Part shown: positions 12,900 through 60,900 of the stretch, piece by piece | How positions within the stretch are numbered: the first letter of the stretch is position 1 | Layout: each line of letters opens with the position of its first letter | Source of the DNA: Hydrolagus colliei | Taxonomy: Eukaryota | NCBI GenBank assembly: GCA_035084275.1 | Contig: CM068765.1 | Coordinates: forward strand, 3,596,001-3,660,000 | Length of the DNA: 64,000 nucleotides | Direction: 5' to 3' | The notes under the pieces: generated by a model | Told to the model about the DNA's origin: nothing | Seen by the model: the letters and a program-made list of their open reading frames with translations, nothing else | Database searches by the model: none | Made by a program: the position numbers and the translations under genes

Positions 12900-13660
12900 T
12901 ATAATGCTGCAGAGGCGTTTAATAATGAGTGTATTATCGCAGGTATTAATTACATAGAAAAATGCTCTTTGAAGCTTTCTGGGACGCTACCCGGTGGGAG
13001 GGGCGTTATATAAATGCAAGTTGTTGTTCTTTGAATTAAAGTTGAACATTAGCCTTTGTGTTATTTTTCTGGGTAAGGATACTGCAGTGGAAATGTGGGT
13101 GTGGTGACTGGACTCTGGGATAGACTAGAACTTCAGCTGGGAAAATGTTTCACAGTTCTGATAAGTGTCTCATATTCCATTAGTTATTTATGCTTTGACT
13201 CTTACCATGGTGAGTAAAGCAGGGAATAGTGGACAATTTCCAAGTCGTTAGGTTACCACCGAAGATTTGCTAGATCTACTTTTTCAGAATGCTCTGTGCA
13301 CCTGCTGCAAATGTAGATTTGGTAACTGCGTGGCTTCTGATAGACCAAGTAGTTTCTTGCACTACTGAGTTGCCAAATTTCTACCGATGTCACTTGTATG
13401 CTGTGTGCGGGAACACTGCTGATATGTAATTGTGAAGAGAGTGATCTGTGAATTGGCTTTTGGAAGGCAGATTAATAATGCTGCATTGGAGCTTTGAGAT
13501 GAGTCTTTTTTAATGGCAAGTGTTAGTTACATGGAGAAATGCTCTTCGGTCTAACAGGGTACAGCTATGTAAATGTGGGTGTGGTGACTGGAGTCTGGAC
13601 TGGAGTGGAATTCAACTGGGGAACTGTTTCATAGTTTGATAAGTATGTCATATTTGTATT
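12900..13660 (+). repeat. Old local direct duplication in SPTAN1 intron 1 (~12900-13185 vs ~13475-13660)
   Basis: The shared blocks ATAATGCTGCA, TTACAT..A.AAATGCTCTT, AAATGTGGGTGTGGTGACTGGA, TGTTTCA.AGTT and TGATAAGT occur in the same order in both copies. Confidence 0.8.
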
Positions 13661-14124
13661 TGATGGTATGGAAGCTCAAAGGCCACTAAGCAGTTGTATG
13701 TTGGCAGGAATATCTTGGGGTATGTTCCTGCTGCTTTGGAATGTGTGGAATCTAACGCCACCCTGATTGCAGTAACAGTACAGTGATTGGAATCTTGTGC
13801 CTTGTACTCTGATTCTGAACATTTGTTTTCAATTATTACTTAAAAACTGGTGAAACGGGCAACTAACGTTACAGAAAGGCATACACTTGTGCAGATTTAA
13901 TCGTACATTTTTGTGTATCTTGACGATGGTTGCATGAGTTGTTCTGAATAATGTGTGTTAATCAGAATGAACTAAATCCAAAATTTGATGTGTTGCATCC
14001 ATTAGGATAAATTTATTTTCTCCTAACATCTAAATAAGAAACCAGTGGAAATAAATTGCTTAGGTTACACTCTTTCTCAGTGCAAGTATAAAGTTTTATA
14101 TTTTTGATTCCCTCCCAACAGAAA

Positions 14125-51337
<37,213 letters not shown>

Positions 51338-51517
51338 TGCTAATGGCTTTTGAATCTAGGCGTAACTGCTAACATTAGCTCTGCATGTCTGCGTCTAATC
51401 TCTCTGTGCATCTATAAACCGTTCCGTCAAACTTTAATGAACTAGTTTGCTTGTGCTTCTGCTTGAAATTTGTTTTTTTTTACTATTGCTAAAATCTGTA
51501 ATCCAGTGTGCTTAAAC

Positions 51518-51918
51518 AATAAACACTACTGACTCAAACTGGAATTTCGTTGCGGTTTTGTTATGGATACGAGTGAGTCAGTACTGCTGGGAGCCCAGTA
51601 TTACTGCTGACAGTTTCATTTCCTGCATTAGTGCATTGCATCTTACAGGAGCAGTTATTTTCCCTTCTCCCATTATTACAGCATTTATTTTAACGTGGAT
51701 CTTTTATATAATACACTTTTAATAATCTGCATATTACTAACAACTTTAAAAGTTGGTTTGAAAAGTAAGTATAAAGCTTAATAGGAGAATAGGAAAGCCT
51801 CTTCCCCTCTGAAATAAACTTCAAGGCGTCTAGAAATATCAACGTCAGACAATCTTTAATTAAACAAATAGTCCACTTTATATTTGGCGATTAGTATTTA
51901 AATATTTGTATAAATAAA
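51518..51918. terminator. Cluster of candidate polyadenylation signals for the convergent SPTAN1 and WDR34 genes
   Basis: On +, AATAAA at 51518, 51813 and 51913. On -, AATAAA (TTTATT at 51684). The palindrome TTTAATTAAA at 51855-51864 reads ATTAAA on both strands. Confidence 0.6.
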
Positions 51919-51990
51919 ACAAAGCAAGTCAAGTAGAACTTAGAACAAAAAATCAAACTAGAAATATACACCAGTAAAGCTTACTGACTG

Positions 51991-54900
51991 TCAATCAGCC
52001 ACTTCATTAGCCAGTTTCTCCAGGAGGATCATTTCCCTCGGGCCTTGCTCTGTCAGTTCAGTGCTCAGCTGCCAGATTTTCACACTTCCTTCTGCGTTAC
52101 CGGCGGCGAGAAGGTGAGGTTGCTTAGGGTTAAACTCCAGACAATACACAGGCTTCCTCTCTGCACCCTGGATTGAAACTGCAGGACGCAGAGAGCTCTG
52201 TCCAAGATCAAAAATCAACACGGTTCCTGTTGGAATCAAAATAAATCAGTTTCCGCAATCTGCTCCAGGTTTCAAATTATATTCTTTAAGAAACGGGCGA
52301 CATCTTGAGATTTTTGGGACCAGGCGGAAATTGGAAACACATGAGGTTAGATCGGGGACATGACTTCCGATGGTTGCCAAGTATGAAAAGGCCAAAGAGG
52401 GAGATGGACTAGATGTAAAAACGTTCATTAATAATTCATCTAGCCAGTGATGTAATGGGGCTGGTGGGAGAAGCAAGCTGTAATAATACAGCGGACAAAG
52501 AGAACAAGAGAAGGTCGTCTCTTGGGTGAAACCCGACTCCTTCCATGTCCCTCCCTTTCTCCACTTCATGTTCCTTGCCCTCATGTCTCCCTCCCTCTCC
52601 CTCTGTCCAATATCTGCTCCTTTCGCCCCGACAACTGATTGAAAGGAAATTTTTAAAAATAAATCTTTATAATACAGACAATCTTTATATGTACAGACAA
52701 AAAGTACATTTAAAATGTACTTTTGAGGTTTCAATATGTCTTCTCAACACATTTACATCCATAAATCATTTGTAAGGCAACTAGAAAAATATTTTTTCCA
52801 TTCTACATCCACTTATCAAGTCCAAATGCTGGAAATATAGAGCAGATGAAAAAAGTAGCTGAAAATAAAATTTACAAAACCTGAAACAGTCTAAAACGCG
52901 ACATGACTGTTGATGCAGTGACTTGCCTTCTCCTGTTACTGCAGCAAAGACCAGAGGACGCACCAATGACCAGCGGACACTGAACAAGTACGTTTGGGAT
53001 AATTGGAGGGAGAGAAGTGGCTCGGTTTGTAACATGGAGTAAAGGTGGACATGTCCGTCAGTCCCCGCTGTCAGAAAAAGGTTTCTGGAAGATAAGTTCC
53101 CACACAGATTAGACAAGTTGTGGTCATGAATGGTTCCAATTATCCCCATTTTTTATTTAATGTGCACATTAATGTGCAAATCAGCGCAACCTTAGAATCC
53201 TGTAGCTCAGTAGTTAGAGCACTCGCCTCGCAACCGAGAGATCTGGATGCAATTCCCAGCAGGGCAAAACCTTGTAAGTTTCCTTACTCCACACGCCTGG
53301 TAATAACAACAAAACTACATTTGTAGAGCGCCCTTCATGTCGGGAGGACGTCCATTAAAATAATCCTTCAAGAAAAAAACAGTAATAAATTGGTAACTTT
53401 CAATCCATGGCGATTTGTGGGGACACTGCTATGTGCAATTGGCTGCTGTGTTTTGCCCACAAATAATGAATTAACTTTACAGTACATTCTGTGAAGCGCT
53501 TTGAGACGCCTGGAAGACGTGAAAAGCGCTACATCAAAAGCAAGGATTATTATAATTGTATAAATTACAGGTCATGTAGTCTGTCATGTGGTAAACAGAT
53601 TTAAATACATCTGCTCTTCAAAAATAAACATGGGTTTACATTAAGTTTCCAAGGCACTGAGTGCTGCTGTAATAGATCCGGTTAAAGTACTTTATACTGA
53701 CCTGTGGAATGGTGAGCAATCAACAGCATGCACTGGACCACAGTGCGGGGAGAAGGTGAACTGAGCTGGAGCTTTAAGGGGGACAGAACTGATGGGAGAA
53801 CTCAACGCTGTATAGGTCACCACCTCTGTTGAACATTTCAAGACGTAACCACCTTCGACACCCGCTATGAATACAGTCTGGTCCAAGTGAGAGAAAGAGA
53901 GGGCGGTCACACCAACCGGAGTCTCTCCACGGGCCTGGGGGTGAGTTGAACATAAAGACAAAAAAAAGGGATGAAGTGAATTTCTATAAAAACGCGTGAG
54001 GAGAGAGAGAGAAATCCTCTGCTTTGAAGAGGGATTTCTGGAGCTGTGCCAGTTACATTGGAACCCGCAGGAGGTTGGATTGTAGCCAATTTCAGAACCT
54101 CTCCAGATTGATGAACACAGGGCAGATTGGTTAATCCAGTTGATCACACTGGTGACAGACATAGGTACTCCGTCCACCCCCCAAGTATCTAATCCCCAGC
54201 TGCTCTTAAGCTAAATACAATAGCCACATGTCAGCAGAATGATTCTCAGATTTCTCTTCACGGTGGAGAATGTGGGTGGAAATCACAGAAGGAAACACAC
54301 ACATCCCACCACTGTCTATTACCAAAACCATTCTCCGCACTGCTCTGAGGGCCCGAGCATAACCTTGGAGTCTCGGAGCATAACCTCTGGAATAACAGTA
54401 TAACTTCAGGTTAACTTCAGGTTAGGGTGCAAATAAGATAGCAAAGTAACCCAGCTAGTGGGAGCATAAAATACAAACAAGGGCGTTGTCGAACTTGTAC
54501 ATTTTAAAAACCCTGAATGTTACACAACATGAGCACAAACCATCTGAATACAGCTGTTGCTCGGGGCAAAACCCTCGAGAGTATTGAAGTCACAGCAAAC
54601 CAAAGAGCTGAGTGGGCTAGAGACCGACCTTTCTTCTGATTGTAACCAGATGAAGACATGTTCCCCTAAACAGCACATTTTCCTCCTACAAAGACATGTC
54701 CTGTTGGGCTATACTTACTCCCCGTGGTGTCAAACAGCGAGTACAGACAGAATATCCCCTACATGAAGGCCATCGTCAGCAAGCATCAGGCAAACAGAGA
54801 CCTGGAACATGCTGGAGAGGCAGTCGCTGAACCTCTGGTATAAGGGGCTGAAAGCCACAACAACAAATTACATTTACAGTACACATGCCGCTGACCTTGT

Positions 54901-57900
54901 TTAGCTTCACATTTCGTGGCAACTCCTGGACAATCAGAGCGTACCCGTCCTGCAGTGTGAGCCTGCCTTTCCCATCCATCTGCCAGATCAGAATCTTCCC
55001 ATCGGTGCTGGCACTCAGGACACGCACCCGACTGTTGTAGCCTGAGCCTGGAATCCATCGCACCTGTAAACGCACAAATAATAATCCTTGCATTTGATAT
55101 AGCGCTTTTCACATCGTATCGACGTCTCAAGGCGCTTCACAGAAAATACTGTAAAGTGGATTGACTGTATATTTGTGGGCGAAATGTGGCAGCCAATTGT
55201 GCACAGCAGCGTCCCACAAACACAATAATAAATTTTGTGGATTGAAATGACCGATTATTATTGTGTTTTTTTTGGACAGATTATTACTAGGCGTGTGGCA
55301 GAAGGAAACTTGCCCACGGTTTCGCCCTGATCTGCCTGGCTTCAAACACAGGTCTCACCTTGTTAGGCGAGCGCTCTAACCACTGAGCTGCAGCTCCTTT
55401 GTCAGCGCTTTGTTCAAGACTTCAGTTTTTTTTCAATTTAAAAATAAATTGTTCCTATTTTTAATCCATCTTCATCTCTTCAAAGCAGTGAATGGTGTTT
55501 GGGCTTTGCTCTACAAGCAGCAGGATTCTCTGCTATCACACCAAGGTGACTTTTCATCAAACACTGCCTGGATAGTGACACGTTACTCCACTTTGAGAGT
55601 CAAGAATTTCCCGACTCCCATCTGTCCCACCAGGTGTTCATTAGATACTGATCGGATACTCTCGAGCCTTCGGCTACTCTTAAGCAACGGTGGTGGCTTT
55701 CCACACGGGTCAAGACAACACCCGACCAAACAAACGAATAATATTAAACAAAAACAAAAGTTGTTGGGGGAAATTCAGCAGGTCAGGCAGCATCCATGGA
55801 GAAAGGAAAAAGAGTCAACGTTTCGAGTCCACAACCCTTCGTCAGAACTGGGGCTTGCTTGGAGGGAGAGGTTTCTTAAGGACGTTAAAGGGGGAGAGGC
55901 AGGACACGGAAGACAAAAGAGACAAAGAAGTCAGAGGAAAAGGAAAAAAGTGTGTTAACAAATAATATTGACAAGAAGCAGGAACGCCGCCTGAGTTTTC
56001 CCAGCTCAGAAATTCCGAGGCCAATTACAGCCCCAACATTGCCTGCTGCAGCCGAGGTAGGTTAGGACCACACATGTACTTAAATCATTCCTGGTATGGC
56101 CAACGTAAAAAAAAAATCTTATGGACAAAGAGATTAAGGGATGTGGGGATAAAGCAGATAGGTGGAGTTAGATTAGAAGAACAACCTTCTTATTGAATGG
56201 CGTGGCAGGCTCGAGGAGCCCAGTGGCCTACTCCTGCTCCTAATTCTTATGTTAAGAGGTGAGGTGCAACCCTTCATGCCACAACAACTACTTGCATTTA
56301 TATCGTGGCATTGACTCCCAATACAAAGTGAGGTTGGTGCCTGTGGACCCAGCAGCTACACCTCAAATCTTTTCCTTTCAGAGTATCTGCACCCACTCAG
56401 CAGATCATTACAAACATCTTCAGAAACACCATCAATTTACTAAAGGTCAGTCACACCTGCTGAGCTGAAACTGCTGCCGAAAGCATGGCATTCAAAGGCT
56501 AATCTGTAAATAATAATGGTCTTTGGTTCCACTCAGGGTGTCATTAAGTCAGGAGGACTGATAATAATTACATCATGTGAAGACTGGTTTCAGCAAAGGC
56601 CTGTTTAGGCAGTCAGTGGTGTTCACTGTTGGAGAGTGTTGATTGGATTGGCAGATTGCCAGTGATATAGGATTCCTCTGCTCATAAAATGGCCATTTTT
56701 TACAGAAGGGAAACTTGCTCCTTCTGTGTAAATTCACTTCTAATTTGTTTCAAAACGTTTGGGGTGGGGTGGGGGTGAAGGGGGGGAAGTCAGATTGAAC
56801 TTTGAGGTTGGTTTCCTGTGGTTATAAAACATTACAGCAGAGAAGGAAGCCATGCTTAAGAGAATTTACAGAAAATTGGCTTGAAAATTAAGACTGTACG
56901 GTATTTAACAACTTGCCAAATTCTGGATGCTATGAAATGCTACACAAATAGCATAAATCCAGTCCCGGTGGAATTTCTCCCCATCAATTATTGCAACAGA
57001 GAGTAAATAGTCTCTCAGGCACACAGATTAGGTTCAGCCTAACCAGTTGATCCTAGCCAGTGAGTTTGCGTTAGCCTCATGTATCCTCGGCTAGGGAGGT
57101 TTGGGGTCAGCCAGTGTCATTCTGAAACTCATGCTCAGGAGGATTCAAAGCTGACATGCTTCGAAATGTCCTTGTCTGAATGGGATTGTGACATTTCTCC
57201 CCCTCCCTCTCTCTCCTTTGGAGGGACACACTCTGCTTAACCAATCCCAGGAAATATTACACACAAATGGCTGGTCAGGCGGCGTCAACTGGCGAAAGGA
57301 AAGTGAGTCAATGTTTTGGGGCCGACGACTCTTTGTCAGAACTCAAGTGTTTAAGATTTCCAGCATCTGCAATATTTTTGCGTTTTTTCCCCCCCAAGAA
57401 ATGTATGTTGTACATTTGCAAGAGCCAAGGCTTGAGGAACCCAGAGTATGTGTTAGCTAAGGGTCTGATGGAGTTTAACTCAATAAACTGTGCAGCTTGC
57501 CATTATGAACACTGTCTGGCAAGCTCCCCGCTGCTTGTCTAATTACACCACTGATTAGAGTTTTGGCCCCCAGAGTTAATGGGAGCCACGTGGGAAGAAT
57601 CCCTCCAGCGGGAGGGGGGTGTGGAAAACAATGTGAATTAAAAGTGTGCATTTGGTGATCAGATAGACATTCACAATCCCCTGATACCACTCAAAAAGAT
57701 GTTTCTTCGGGTTTCCTAACCTGAAATTGGTCAGTAACTTAACTTCACGCCGTTTGTGTGGACCTGGCTGTGTACATAATGTCTGCTGAATTTGTCTACA
57801 AACACACAGTCACTGTACATGCTAACAATTGCTAAACCTGTGACATTTTGAGATTATAGATATTGTATCAATCGTTAGCTTGCAAACAGGATCAGGTCTG

Positions 57901-60900
57901 TTGAATAGCCTGTGAACACACTCACTAGGCTCATAAAGCACACACACACCATGATGACACACTCACGGTGCCAAGAAGCCACATTATGACTGACATGAGT
58001 CACATTCAGGAGGACAGCAGCAGAGAGGATACAAAACACTGAAGGTACACAGGGTGTCAGTGACTATCGCTTCAAGGTGACAGACCTGGGAGATTCTGTG
58101 ATTTACCTGATAGACAGGTTCGCGATGGGTGTCTTCAGACATCCCTGATCTGGCAATTAAAGGGTCGTCCATTTTGCTGGTGTTCCAAACTAAAATCTCT
58201 CCGTTATATAGACTGCCTATAGAGCAAAAACATATCTTATTTTTCTACATCGAGTCTGTATACCAACATCTTTCTCGATAACTGCTCAGGACACTACACT
58301 GAGCTGCACTCGAGTGAATCAATGGGACAATGAGTTAAGGACTATAGGATGTCTTCGTTTTTTTTTGTAAGACTGATCCTGCAGTCTAATATGGATAATA
58401 ATCCCTCTGACACATCTTCACGCAGAGGGTGGTGAGAAAGGTGCAATTTTCTTTGTTGGCAGCAATTGTGATATTTACATTTTTATCAGCAATGATCACA
58501 GTTCCAATTTGCATCTTACAGAGTCACTACACTTCACGCTGTGGTCTGGTGAAGCACTTGTGCACGTCCACTTGGTGCGAGAGACGTGGTTTCAAATGCA
58601 AGGTTCATTTCTTGCTAACTTTGTGCAGTGTTAATAGTCTACTGTGGCAATACTGGGCACACTATCACCCTCTACTGGCAATCACAAGGCACTGCATTGC
58701 ATCCTTTCCTCAGTGACACCAAACTCTTCAATTAATAAGCAGCCGTGATCGAAAGTGATACGTCAAATGGAAATATCTGCTTAGAATCTCTGTATAAATC
58801 AGACAAAAAAAAATAATAACTTTCCCTACGCTGGTAAAGATCATTCGCACTAATTAATCTGTTACTGTGTTCTTCCCCCAAATAAAACAATAATAATCCT
58901 TGCATTTTAATCTAGCGCCTTATCACATCTTTGAGACAACAACCACAAAATGACATTTGTATAGCCATTTCAAAGCGCTTCATACTGTGAAGTGAATTGA
59001 CCTAATATATTGTGGGCGAAAAGCACGATGGTTAAGAGTATCCAAACCGAGCAGATTTCCACTTACACATGGAAATTCTTGTGTGTTGGAATGGAACACA
59101 CGCTCTCTTTCTGGAGGGTCGCAGGCTGCTTACCTAATTCCGGAAAGAATTAGGAGCAGGCTGGCAAGAGGATCCCAAAGTGTGTGTTGAGATAACCGCT
59201 GCAACTCAAACCGCTATTTAAAGCCTTGTCCGGCAACCCTTCCCCAAGCTTGTCCAGTTGGAGCTACTTACTCTGTACTTTGGCTTGCAGGGTTAACAAC
59301 AACAACTTTGATTTTATATATATTTGATTTTATAACGGGCGGCGTCTCAGAGCGTCCCAGGGGCTGAGTGGGGAGATTGCAGGGATCCCAAGCTGGATAG
59401 GAGAACATTGCAATCCAAAAGGAGCAGATATTCCGATAGATTGGAGAGAAGTCGTGAATGTTCCCCTTGCTTCTCCATTTCCTCCGGACAATGAACTCAA
59501 GATTGGAAATGTGCTGCGATGATTTGAACCTAACTGCACCGTCCTTCACTGCCCCCCACCAGCAGACGTCCCCAACCTCCACCCCCCACCCCATGGCGTT
59601 GCAAAATAAGTTTTAGTAAGTCAAACCGGCAATCAAACAAGGTTCCACTGGATGAAATGCCAAACACATGACAGCACCGGCAACATCAATCACGGTATTT
59701 GGCCGCTTTGGGTTGAGTCCTCTCCTGTCCAGATTCCAGGTACATACATAGGATTTCTCGGTACTCCAGTCTCCATCATCCAGCCTACAATACAATGACA
59801 GATTGACCACAGTCATGAGCGCTGATCACAATACACTCAAAAGTGACCAAAGACATGCGTTTGTCCATTTCTCTACCAGATTTGATGAGAGCGGTGGAGC
59901 AAAACATAAAGGTTAATGGCTCCGTAAAGTAATCCTCTGGTTCATAGACGATGAAACACAAATTTCATCTTCACATAATTGCATTTTGATTGTAAATAGT
60001 TTCATTAGTGTAAAGCTATTCCTTCAAATAAGAGTTTGAACGTATAGAAATATATGCTATATATATCTGCATCCTTGTACACTGTGCTGATAAAGTAGTG
60101 TCACTGAGCTGCGGATATATATCCACATCTCTAAAATAAATTAATACAATTTTTAAATATTAATGCCGACTTAGCACAGAGGGGAAAAAGGACCCCTTTT
60201 CCCCTCTGTAACATTGGTGTTGGTTCTAGCCGGACAAGCGACAGGAAAGCTCACCTTCCTGATCTGTCCAGCTCAGTAACCATATTACATGGTGGATTTA
60301 CCACTGAGCTACTGGGTGAGTCAAGGTGCCCTCTTGCTAGTCAGTTGGTGGTTCCTGCAAAAGCAGACTAACGTATCTGGTCTGTAATTACAATACCTGC
60401 CGTATGCACAGGCGATGACGGAGCCGGTCACATTCCACGAGATGTCAGTGACGTGCAGCTGCCGCTCCACAGCCTCTGGATATTGTAGAGTGTGTAAGCA
60501 CGAAACCTATGGGATTCAATTAGAATTACTGTTAACAATATAGACACAATGTTCTTTCTTTGCTGTCTCTTCGGGGCTTAGTGAAGGTAAGCGGAGTCTC
60601 CATGTAGCTGAGCTGGCTCCGAGGTGCAAAGTTTGGCAATGGGAATGTCGGAATCCGAGTCAATCGTACTTGTGGTCTCAGTCGTTCCTGAGTCAAGTGA
60701 GTCAACAACAAATCATAAATCGGTGTCAACAGCACCTTTCGCGTCAGGGGAATGTCCCAAAGCCGTGGATAGTTAAGTGATTTGGACCCAAGTAGGGAGT
60801 TTGGGGTCAGGAGGGGAGGAGGGCAGGGAGGGTAGAAGTAGGAAGGCGCGCAGTCAAAGACAACGGTCTTGAAGGAGACAGGGGAGTGAGTATATGATTG

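Noticed and set aside
52700-52724. AT-rich palindrome AAAAGTACATTT-A-AAATGTACTTTT (and the imperfect hairpin at 60177-60208)
   Set aside because: Low complexity, intronic, and no supporting context.
55410-55958. Longest non-exonic ORF in the track (182 aa)
   Set aside because: Non-ATG start, no recognisable domain, and it runs through repeat-derived, purine-rich intron sequence.
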